From positions 59,212,001-59,276,000 of the forward strand of contig CM059438.1 of the NCBI GenBank assembly GCA_030390025.1: a DNA stretch of 64,000 nucleotides. The letters run 5' to 3'. Positions within the stretch are counted from its first letter, which is position 1. Every line of letters begins with the position of its first letter. Positions 1-9,056 of this stretch are shown piece by piece. The stretch comes from Squalus acanthias (Eukaryota). Below the pieces are notes generated by a model. That model saw only the letters and a program-made list of their open reading frames with translations, searched no databases and was not told the origin of the DNA. The position numbers were made by a program, and so were the translations under genes.

Positions 1-1167
1 CAGTGAGGGAGTGTCCAGAGTGAGGGAGTGTCCAGAGTGAGGGAGTCTCCAGAGTGAGGGAGTGTCCAGAGTGAGGGAGTCTCCAGAGTGAGGGAGTGTC
101 CAGAGTGAGGGAGTATCCCCCAGTGAGGGAGTGTCCAGAGTGAGGGAGTGTCCCCCAGTGAGGGAGTGTCCAGAGTGAGGGAGTGTCCCCCAGTGAGGGA
201 GTGTCCCCCAGTGAGGGAGTGTCCAGAGTGAGGGAGTGTCCCCCAGTGAGGGAGTGTCCAGAGTGAGGGAGTGTCCCCCAGTGAGGGAGTGTCCAGAGTG
301 AGGGAGTGTCCAGTGTGAGGGAGTGTCCCCCAGTGAGGGAGTGTCCCCCAGTGAGGGAGTGTCCAGAGTGAGGGAGTGTCCAGTGTGAGGGAGTGTCCCC
401 CAGTGAGGGAGTGTCCAGAGTGAGGGAGTGTCCAGGGTGAGGGAGTGTCCAGGGTGAGGGAGTGTCCAGAGTGAGGGAGTGTCCAGGGTGAGGGAGTGTC
501 CAGGGTGAGGGAGTGTCCACCAGTGAGGGAGTGTCCAGAGTGAGGGAGTGTCCAGAGTGAGGGAGTGTCCCCCAGTGAGGGAGTGTCCAGTGTGAGGGAG
601 TGTCCCCCAGTGAGGGAGTGTCCAGAGTGAGGGAGTGTCCAGAGTGAGGGAGTGTCCAGAGTGAGGGAGTGTCCCCCAGTGAGGGAGTGTCCAGAGTGAG
701 GGAGTGTCCAGAGTGAGGGAGTGTCCACAGTGAGGGAGTGTCCAGGGTGAGGGAGTCTCTAGAGTGAGGGAGTCTCTAGAGTGAGGGAGTGTCCAGAGTG
801 AGGGAGTGTCCCCCAGTGAGGGAGTGTCCAGAGTGAGGGAGTGTCCCCCAGTGAGGAAGTGTCCCCCAGTGAGGGAGTGTCCAGGGTGAGGGAGTGTCCA
901 GAGTGAGGGAGTGTCCAGAGTGAGGGAGTGTCCAGGGTGAGGGAGTGTCCAGAGTGAGGGAGTGTCCAGAGTGAGGGAGTGTCCAGAGTGAGGGAGTGTC
1001 CAGAGTGAGGGAGTGTCCACCAATGAGGGAGTGTCCAGAGTGAGGGAGTGTCCAGAGTGAGGGAGTGTCCTCCAGTGAGGGAGTGTCCAGTGTGAGGGAG
1101 TGTCCAGGGTGAGGGAGTGTCCCCCAGTGAGGGAGTGTCCAGAGTGAGGGAGTGTCCAGAGTGAGGG
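1..1167. repeat. Minisatellite of 17-bp (GAGTGAGGGAGTGTCCA) and 18-bp (GTGAGGGAGTGTCCCCCA) units, about 67 copies, running off the left edge
   Basis: Tandem periodicity read directly; interspersed variants CCAGA, CCAGG, CCAGT, CCCCCA, CCACCA. Confidence 0.97.
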
Positions 1168-1235
1168 TGTGCCCACCTGTTTATGGGCAATGCCATGGCT
1201 CCCTGACTGAAGACAGTACTCACTCTCAACACAAG

Positions 1236-1308
1236 CGCAGGTCAGGCAGCATCTGTGGAGAGAGAAACAGCGCTAACCTTTCAGGTCGATGACCTTTCCT
1301 CAGAACTG
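1236..1308 (-). mobile_element. Penelope-like element terminal remnant with a degenerate minimal hammerhead ribozyme motif
   Basis: Minus strand reads CAGTT-CTGAGGA-A-AGGTC-ATC-GACCT-GAAA-GGTT-AGCG, then ...TCTCTCCACAGATGCTGCCTGACCTGC. A related fragment lies at 56388-56466. The family assignment is from recalled similarity to shark Penelope ends. Confidence 0.6.
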
Positions 1309-1706
1309 TCACCCTCACTTCCCTTTTCAATGGTAACTTATTGTAGCATCAACAGATACTCGTCTTGACAGAAACACAGCTGCAGGCAGGAGAGTCATGG
1401 ACTGTCGCCCTCCCCTCTCCCCCTACCCATATTGTCAATATAATTCAACTGCCCAACAGTGGCCTGGTTTGGATTAGTGCAAACAGTGAGTAAACGCCCC
1501 CTACACACACCCACACCAGTGAATAGCAGAATGACCGTCTCTGGAGATTGTGGATCTGCTGTGCTCCGCCTGAATTAAATTAGTGAAAGTTGTCTCTGGA
1601 AGTTGCCCACTATTCTGGTGAGTGTGACCCCTTGACATGAGACAGGTCACCGAGTGAACATGGCCAAAGCTCGTGCTGCACAGTTCGAGAATCTGGGCAC
1701 GGCTGT

Positions 1707-2984
1707 TCAAGGCAACAAGTTTATTTTGGAGACGACATGCTTGCAGCCGTGAACGGAGTACTGACGGTCCCCAACTGAGTAATATTTCAGCTCCCTGGAC
1801 AGCTTGTCCAGATGGGCAGCGTCTGGGTAAAATCCATCTCTCATCATCTCCTCCAAGAAGCAGTCCACGATGTGGGCCCTCTCCAGCAAGGTGAACGGCA
1901 CAATCTCTGCATGCTTCCACAGTGGGTGGAAGTGGATCAGCGAAGACTGGACAATGAAGAGAAGCTCTTCCGATTTTGTCGGCTGTCGCATCATACCACT
2001 GGAAGCGTTGTGGAGAACAAACTTCGTTATCTCGCCCTCTCCGTAGTTGCTGATTAAGACGTACACGGCATTCAGGAACTCGTTGGTCTGGTTGGGCTGG
2101 AAGTAGTTTTGCAGGAAGTCCAACAGGGCCGGTTGCATGAACTCCACCTCGTCGAAGATGAGCAGTGGGATCTTCTCCTCCTCTTCTGCCCGATTGACCG
2201 TGTCAGAGATGCCACCCGCCAACTCCTGCTGGCAGCTGGTGATGTTCTCCTGTGCCGGGCAGTGATGCAGCACGAAATACTGGTACACCAGCTGGTCACT
2301 CAGTACTGAGCGGAAGTGCTTGGCGAGCAGTCTACCGACCAGGCTCTTCCCGACCCCGATCGGGCCATTGAGAGACAGGACCAGGGGTTTATTGTGAATG
2401 TGGGTGGCCAGATAGTCCTCTAGTAAATCCATCAGACTGTCGATAGCAACTGTCTGCCCAAAAACCTCCCTCTTGAGTGTTTTCTCCAGCCCAACCAAGT
2501 CATATTTTAGCACGTTGTCATCCAGGTTCTCGATGGCGTTGTATATCTGAAAGAAAACTATAATACTTAGCAGGAAGAGGCAGTTCTTGGCCTTGCTTTT
2601 CTTCTCCTCGGGCAAGTACCTCTTGGAGTCGTTTGGATATAGCACTCTGCGCTTTTTTCTGCTGCGGCGTCTCTTTGGGGATTTGACGGGGACCTTCTCG
2701 AAGGTGAAGTACTCGGCCGCCTTGGCCCTGTGTTTGAAGGCACGCTCCGAGGACTCCTGCCCCTTGAGGGGTGGATACCGGCCAGCGCCCACGGCCCCCG
2801 ATCCGTCCGCACTCGCAGGCTCGCTCTGCTCCGCGCTGACGCGCCTCCTTTTCATAACGAGGTACTTGTGGCGAATGCGATAGGCGGCTCTCAGCGGAGA
2901 CGTGACCGTGGAGATCCGTTGCCTGCCGCCAGGCAGGGCTGTGTGCGCCAGTTCCATTGGAGGCCTCGTTCCTTCCATCGACAT
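1707..2984 (-). CDS. TOR4A: Torsin family 4 member A (AAA+ ATPase), 425 aa, single coding exon
   Basis: Uninterrupted ORF with basic N-terminus (PKRRRSRKKRRVLYP), hydrophobic helix CLFLLSIIVFFQIYNAIENLDDN, Walker A GPIGVGKS, HHCP, Walker B LLIFDEVE, and torsin sensor-II GCK near the C-terminus ending INLL. Matches vertebrate TOR4A as I recall it. An in-frame TGA 15 nt upstream supports ATG 2984 (or ATG 2978) as the start. Confidence 0.95.
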   Translation of the reverse strand: MSMEGTRPPMELAHTALPGGRQRISTVTSPLRAAYRIRHKYLVMKRRRVSAEQSEPASADGSGAVGAGRYPPLKGQESSERAFKHRAKAAEYFTFEKVPVKSPKRRRSRKKRRVLYPNDSKRYLPEEKKSKAKNCLFLLSIIVFFQIYNAIENLDDNVLKYDLVGLEKTLKREVFGQTVAIDSLMDLLEDYLATHIHNKPLVLSLNGPIGVGKSLVGRLLAKHFRSVLSDQLVYQYFVLHHCPAQENITSCQQELAGGISDTVNRAEEEEKIPLLIFDEVEFMQPALLDFLQNYFQPNQTNEFLNAVYVLISNYGEGEITKFVLHNASSGMMRQPTKSEELLFIVQSSLIHFHPLWKHAEIVPFTLLERAHIVDCFLEEMMRDGFYPDAAHLDKLSRELKYYSVGDRQYSVHGCKHVVSKINLLP

Positions 2985-3017
2985 CTCCCAACCCTCTCAG
3001 CCCGATTGCAGCTGGAC

Positions 3018-3040
3018 CTGCAACAACACCAACAACAAAC
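3018..3040 (-). promoter_or_regulatory. Candidate splice acceptor of the TOR4A coding exon (TTTGTTGTTGGTGTTGTTGCAG|G)
   Basis: T-rich tract ending in CAG 33 nt upstream of the ATG. Vertebrate TOR4A is recalled to have a non-coding first exon. Confidence 0.6.
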
Positions 3041-3300
3041 TTGCATTTATATAGCATCTTTAACATAGTAAAACGTCCCAAGGCGCTTCACAGGAGCATT
3101 ATCCGAACCACATAAGGAGATATTAGGACAGGTGACCAAAAGCCTAGTCAAAGAGGTAGGTTTTAAGGAGCGTCTTAAAGGAGGAGAGAATGGTAGAGAA
3201 GCAGAGAGGTTTAGGGAGGCAAATCCAGAGCTTAGGGACCAGGCAGCTGAAGCCACGGCTGCCAATGATGCACAAAAGGCCAGAATTGGAGGAGTGCAAG
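3021..3300 (-). mobile_element. L2-clade LINE 3' end with (TTG)n tail
   Basis: Reverse complement matches the L2 3' UTR at 8570-8737 (CTTTGACCAAGCTTTTGGTCACCTGTCCTAATATCTCC...GGGACGTTTTACTA...ATAAATGCAAGTTTGTTGTTG). Confidence 0.85.
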
Positions 3301-3738
3301 GGAAAGAGATAACACATTCATAAAACTGGACGCACGCGGCAGCAACAATGAACCCCATCAGATACTTCAAGACCCTTGAACCTCCCTGCAACGTGCCACA
3401 AAAGAAGAGGCCATTTGATGTATCTGGCCTGTACTCACTCTCCAGTTCGTCCAGTCACGGCCTCTACCTACTCCGCTCTCCGAAGGAAAGGTTCCAGAAA
3501 GTTCCTCCCCGCCAAAGGTAAGCCGGGCAAAAAAAAAAGCCCAGCCACCGCTGTGAAGCTGCGAACTGCCTGCACAATATCAGGAAGTCCTGTTCAACAA
3601 AGCTGCTTGTGTTCAGCAGTGAGATTGCCCTGCCCCCTCCCACTCCCGCACACTCTCAGTGCACAGTGAGAAGCTGTGGGCCGTTCCTGTGCTGAGACTG
3701 GTCGAGGCCCAGAGAAAGGTTCTCTCAGAGACCAGGGT

Positions 3739-3920
3739 CCTCACCTGGCCAGGGTCTCCAGAAACAGGAGAGGAGACTGAAGGCATCGCACCCCTCTTCA
3801 GATCAACAGCTGAAAGTGCAGAGCGCTCAGAGAGGAGACCTCCTGCCCCAGGAGCCGGTGCACAGTGCACTGCAGTCCAGAGTGTGAGTGAGCAAGTGCT
3901 TTCAGCATTTTACTTCCTGC
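3739..3920 (-). other. Candidate non-coding upstream exon of TOR4A ending at donor CAG|GTGAGG (exon end 3745)
   Basis: Good 5' splice-site match in non-repetitive sequence ~730 bp upstream of the acceptor, with an ETS-like CAGGAAGT at 3912-3919. The 5' boundary is unknown. Confidence 0.35.
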
Positions 3921-3994
3921 AGCCTCTGGAAACTTTCGTAGATTCACAAGCTCTCAGGGGCCATGCCCTAACAACCTGGATTTAACTACCTTAG

Positions 3995-4430
3995 AGTAGA
4001 ATCATAGAATCATACAGCACAGAAGGAGGCCATTCGGCCCATCCTGCCTGTGCCGGCTCTTTGAAAGAGCTCTCCAATTAGACCCACTCCCCCCTGCTCT
4101 TTCCCCGTAGCCCTGCACTTTTTTTCCTTTTCAAGTATTTATCCAATTCCGTTTTGAAAGCTAGTATTGAATCTGCTTTCACCACCCTATCGGGCAGTGC
4201 ATTCCAGATCACAACAACTCACTGCATAAAACAAATTCTCCTCATCTCCCCTCTGGTTCTTTTGCCAATTACTTTAAACCTGTGTCCTCTGGTTACCGAC
4301 CCTCCTGCCAGTGGAAACTGTTTCTCCCCATCCACCCTATCAAACCCCTCATAATTTTGAACACCTCTATTAAATCTCCCCTTAACCTTCTCTGCTCTAA
4401 ATAAAACAATCCCAACTTCTCCACACAAGT
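3995..4430 (-). mobile_element. CR1 LINE 3' fragment
   Basis: (ATTCTATG)n tail on the minus strand; ORF2 C-terminal residues VDGEKQFPLAGGSVTRGHRFKVIGKR. Confidence 0.9.
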
Positions 4431-4446
4431 GAAGTCCCTCATCCCT

Positions 4447-4933
4447 TACATCCTGTGTACAGTTCCGGTCCCCATATTAATAAAAAGGATATAGAGGCAC
4501 TGGAGAAGGTGCAAAAAAGATTTACAAGGATGATAGCGGAACTATCAGGAACGACTAAACAGGCTGCAGCTCTTTTCCCTGGAAGAGAGGGCTGAGAGGT
4601 GACCTGATTCTGAAGGGGTTCGATAGGGTAGATGTAGAGAAGTTTCCACCTGTGGGGGAGTTCAAAACTATGTCATAAATATAATAATCACTCATAAATC
4701 CAACAGGGGATTCAAGAGGAACTTCTTTACTCAGAGAGTGGTGAGAATGTGGAACTCACTACCACAGGGAGGAGTTGAGGCGAATAGCAGAGATGCATTT
4801 AAGGGGAAGCTAGATAAGCACATGAGGGAGAAAGGATTAGAGGGTTATGTAGATAGGGTTAGATAAAGCAGGCATAGACCAGCTGGGCCGAATGGTCTGT
4901 TGGTGTGCTGTAAATTCTATTTAATTCTATGTA
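4447..4933 (+). mobile_element. CR1 LINE 3' fragment, second subfamily
   Basis: Decayed CVQF-SP...KKDIEALEKVQKRFTRMI...FFTQRVVRMWNSLP coding remnant and an ATTCTAT tail. Confidence 0.85.
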
Positions 4934-4970
4934 ATCACTTATGTTTGGTTTAAAGTCTGTCTGCAGTGTT

Positions 4971-5277
4971 TTTTTTATTCGTTCCTGGGATGTGGGCATT
5001 GCTGGCAAGGTCAGCATTTATTGCCCATCTCTAATTGCCCTTGAGAAGGTGGTGGTGAGCCATCTTCTTGATCCGCTGCAGTCCGTGTGGTGAAGGTACT
5101 CCCACAGTGCTGCTAGGGAGGGCGTGCCAGGATTTTGACCCAGCGACGATGAAGGAACGGCCGATATATTTCCATGTCAGGATGGTGTGTGACTTGGAGG
5201 GGAACTTGGAGTCAATGGTGTTCCCATGCGCCTGCTGCCCTTGTCCTCCTAGGTGATGGAGGTCGCGGGTTTCGGGG
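4971..5277 (-). mobile_element. Non-LTR retrotransposon 3' end (CR1/L2 group, A-tailed family)
   Basis: Highly similar inverted copy at 59088-59426; C-terminal motif RSFIVAGSKSW-LP...LQR-KK-AHHHLL; A-rich tail. Confidence 0.8.
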
Positions 5278-5801
5278 TGTATCTGACACTGTAAAGAGCT
5301 CGCGTGTAGGCAGCGTAGCATGTGCTGCAATGGGAGCCGAGCGTGTCGCTGCGGGCCATGGAGCTGGAGGGAGCAGGAGGCAGCTGTTCCTCCTGTGTCC
5401 AGGTGTGAAGCCCAGGATCCCCACATTGTGCCAGGGTGCTGGGGCCTTGGATCGGGGCAGGGCACTGGCACAGAGCTGGCTGCCCATGTGTGTGTGTGTT
5501 GTGGTCTGTTCACACATGCAGGCCAGTGTTTTTTTTACAGAATGCAGCAATTGGAAGCCCACGAGACATTGCAATGGTTGCCGTGACTACGAGATCATTG
5601 GCGAGAATCTGGAGAAGGTCTCTCACCAGCATTCAGTCCAAATGTTGACTCTACAATACCTGTGTGCTCTCCACCTGACTCACAGCTCCAAGCCTGGTCC
5701 CCCCTATAAACTGACTTGATTGTTCCCCAAGTTTTCTACAGGTGGGGCCATCGCTGGTTTGACTTAGTCTGGACTGTAGATAAAGTAGGTGTAGAATGTC
5801 G

Positions 5802-6238
5802 GTGTCAGCTGTGGCTCAGTGCGTAGCAATCTCACCTCTGACTAAGAAGGTTGAGCGTTCAAGTCCCACCCCAGAGACTTGAATGCATAATCCAGGCTGA
5901 CACTCAAGTGCCAGTACTGCGGGAGTCAGAGGTGCCGTCTTTCAGATGAGACGTTAAACCGAGGCTCCGTCTGCCCTCTCAGGCAGATGTAAAAGATCCT
6001 ATGGCACTACTGGAAGAAGAGCAGGAGATTTCTCCCCGGCCAATATTTATCCCTCAACCAACATCGCTGAAACAGATCATCTGCTCATTATCACATTGCT
6101 GTTTGTGGGATCTTGCTGTGTGCAAATTGACTGCCGAGTTTCCTACATTACAACAGTGACTACACTTCAAAAAAACTACTTCATTGGCTGTAAAGCGCTT
6201 TGGGATGGCCTGAGGTATTGAAAGTTCTTTCTTTCTTT
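5802..6238 (+). mobile_element. tRNA-derived DeuSINE (SacSINE1/AmnSINE1-related), near full length
   Basis: A-box TGGCTCAGT and B-box GTTCAAGTCC head; central domain GATGAGACGTTAAACCGAGG...GTAAAAGATCC...GAAGAAGAGCAGG...CCAATATTTATCCCTCAACC; L2-like tail GTAAAGCGCTTTGGGA with a (TTTC)n end. Confidence 0.85.
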
Positions 6239-6532
6239 AGACATCACTCCCAATACCAGGCGATCACACATCACAGTCCTGATTGAGGGCGGACATCTTG
6301 CATTGTTCCATCAATTAGCTTTATCTTCAAGGGGGTGAGCACTTAGAACTCTGTCTCTGTGCGAGGTCCTGGAGTTCCCCCAAGACACAGGCCAGTCGAA
6401 AGGAACGTGACTTGCTGTGTGCAGCCAATGTGAGAGACAAATGGAGGCTTTGCAGATCCCCACAGGCCATGGCTCTTTATGCGACTGAACTAAACTGATG
6501 CAGGCGGGACTTTCAGTCACAGAATTACTGGA

Positions 6533-6628
6533 TGGCCACCTTCAAAGCCAGACTGCCCCATTCAAAACTAGCTGGGTGGCCACCTTCAAAGCCAGACTGC
6601 CCCATTCAAAACTAGCTGGGTGGCCACC
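6533..6628. repeat. Perfect 44-bp tandem duplication
   Basis: TGGCCACCTTCAAAGCCAGACTGCCCCATTCAAAACTAGCTGGG twice, followed by a third TGGCCACC (6533, 6577, 6621). Confidence 0.95.
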
Positions 6629-6859
6629 AATGAGAAGTTTCTACCGCGCAAAGGAACGGAACACCAAAGATTCCGAGGTCCCACGGGACGCGACTGCAAA
6701 CAGTGGCGGTGCACCATTTTGGGTGGGATTCCATTTCGGCCCTTTTTCCCGTACATCAGGATTTCCAGAGGTAGTGGGGGTGGGGGCGCAGGGGAGCAGG
6801 GATGGCACACAGCCAACCGCAAATGGGCGGGCGAATTATGACACCATGCAAATGAGGGC

Positions 6860-7459
6860 AATATGTCAGAAGGAAGTTATGGTAAATCTTAATAAATCAC
6901 TGGTTAGGCCCCAGCTGGAGTATTGTGTCCAATTCTGGGCACCACACTTTCGGATGTCAAGGCCTTGGAGAGGGTGCAGAGGGGATTGACCAGAATGGTA
7001 CCAGGGATGACGGGCTTCAGTTATGTGGAGAGATGAGAGAAGCTGGGGTTGCTCTCCTTAGAGCAGAGAAGGTTATGAGGAGATTTAATAGAGGTGTTCA
7101 AAATTATGAGGTGTTTTGATCGAGTAAATAAGGAGAAACTGTTTCCAGTGGCAGGAGGGTTGGTAACCAGAGGACACAGATTTAAGGTAATCTTCAAAAG
7201 AGCCAGAGGGGAGATAAGGAGAATTTTTTTTTATGCAGCGAGTTGTTGTGATCTGGAACGCGCTGCCTGAAAGGGCGGTGGAAGCAGATTCAATAGTAAC
7301 TTACAAAAGGGAATTGGATAAATACTTGAAAAGGAAAAAATGTGCAGGGCTATGGGGAAAGAGCAGGGGAGTGGGACTAATTGGAGAGCTCTTTCAAAGA
7401 GCCAGCACAGACACGATGGGCCAAATGGCCTCCTTCTGTGCTGTATGATTCTATGATTC
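6860..7459 (+). mobile_element. CR1 LINE 3' fragment
   Basis: KEVMVNLNKSLVRPQLEYCVQFWAPHF and QRVVVIWNALPERAVEADS coding remnants; ATGATTCTATGATTCC tail. Confidence 0.92.
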
Positions 7460-8127
7460 CATGATATATCTTCCACCACATGCACCCTAGCGTGTCAGGT
7501 AGTCTTTTCAAATGACAGAGACTTGACCCCCAGTGAAAGTGGCAGTGGTGTAACCATAAGTTCAGCTCCCCTCCTGTCCCTGGGCCCACTGCACTGAAAT
7601 CAGGGGATGCAGCTCAACCTCCGACCCCCTGAGACTGAGCTGGGGCCCTGCCGTTGGTCCTCAGGAGCGTGCAAATGCTCCAGATCCCGGATTTGGGACA
7701 AGGGTCGGAGGTACCACCTTGCCCAAGATTCTACCCCAACCCCGTCACGGTTTGTGTGTGTGTGACAAAGGATGGGGTTTATTCCCCCAGACTCTACAGT
7801 GTCAGCCCTGCACACAGGTCTCGGGTGGTGTGGGGTGGGGTCCAGAGCTCCTGTGGCTTGGGGCTGCCCCGTGGCTGCACAGCTCATCCCCCCCCCCGCC
7901 CCATTGGCAGAGAATGGGCTGCGAAACCTGATGCAAGAGCCCCGTGGCCTGCCACCTGCTGCAGAAGGAGCTGCAATAGATTTGGAAGGCAGGCGTGCTC
8001 CAGCTACATCCTGTCCATTAGGCAAGCTTGGCTCCAGGCCCCCACTCCCGAGAGTCCCAAATAGGAAACTCCTGCAATAACCCTGCTCCTCCACCCCCAT
8101 CACCACACACACACACACACAGACCCA

Positions 8128-8737
8128 CAGAGGAAACCGCACCGAGTCCCGATTACCCATCACCCGTGCTCACTGACCAACATTGGCTCCCGGTCCGACA
8201 ACGCCTCAATTTTAAAATTCTCATCCTTGTGTTCAAATCCTTCCATGGCCTCACCCCTCCCTATCTCTGTAACCTCCTCCTGCCCTTACAACCCTCCGAG
8301 ATATCTGTGCTCCGACAATTCTGACCTCCTGTGCATCCCGACTCCATTCGCCCCACCATTGGTGACCGTGCCTCCAGCCATCTAGGCCCGAAGCTCTGGA
8401 ATTCCACCTCTCATAGGAACAGAAGGCGGCCATTCAGCCCCTCGAGACTGTTCCGCCATTCAATGAGATCATGGCTGATCGGTATCTGAACTGCAACTAC
8501 CCGCCGAGGTTCCGTAACCCTTCATACCGTTAATACCCTCAGCAAACAAAAATCTCTACCTCTCTCTCTTACTTTAGGAGCCTTCTGAAAGCCTCCCTCT
8601 TTGACCAAGCTTTTGGTCACCTGTCCTAATATCTCCTTTTCTGGCTTGGTGTCAAATTTTGTTTGATAACGCTCCTGTGAAGCACCTTGGGACGTTTTAC
8701 TACATTACAGGTGCTAGATAAATACAAGTTGATGTTG
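8128..8737 (+). mobile_element. L2 LINE 3' fragment, interrupted by a CR1 tail
   Basis: L2 ORF2 C-terminus PVLTDQHWLPVRQRLNFKILILVFKSFHGLTPPYLCNLL; 3' UTR homologous to 3021-3300. Confidence 0.88.
8412..8555 (-). mobile_element. Short CR1 3' tail inserted in the L2
   Basis: CATAGGAAC...GGCCATTCAGCCCCTCGAG...CCATTCAATGAGATCATGGCTGATC is similar to the CR1 tail at 51040-51120. Confidence 0.8.
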
Positions 8738-9056
8738 CTGAAGCGCCTGTAAGAACCAGGCTCCTCCCGTCACAAAGGGATTTACAGAAGAAGCTCCTGC
8801 ATAAAATATCCTGGCACCAGGTATAAAGGGACAAGTATGAGCTCCTCTGAGGGCGAACTCTCTATAAACCATCCGCCGCTACAGCCTGCTGACCACAGCT
8901 CAACTCCCACCAGGAAAGAGTTAAACTTTTTTTCTTTATGTGTTTCCTGGTTGTAATTTAATCTCCACCTTGCTGCGGATAATTGTATATTCACCAGGAA
9001 CAATAACATCCCTGAGGGTCAAATTAATCAGGCAGACGATACAATGAAGGCAGCAG

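Noticed and set aside
759..1232. 157-aa ORF with TLPHSGHSL repeats
   Set aside because: Translation of the 17/18-bp minisatellite.
1501..3081. Overlapping and antisense ORFs around TOR4A (e.g. 2518-3081, 1501-1920)
   Set aside because: Shadow frames of a GC-rich CDS. The 187-aa ORF starts inside an L2 tail and has no recognisable domain.
5802..5880. tRNA gene
   Set aside because: The A and B boxes are the head of a SINE; no complete cloverleaf and the sequence continues into the SINE body.
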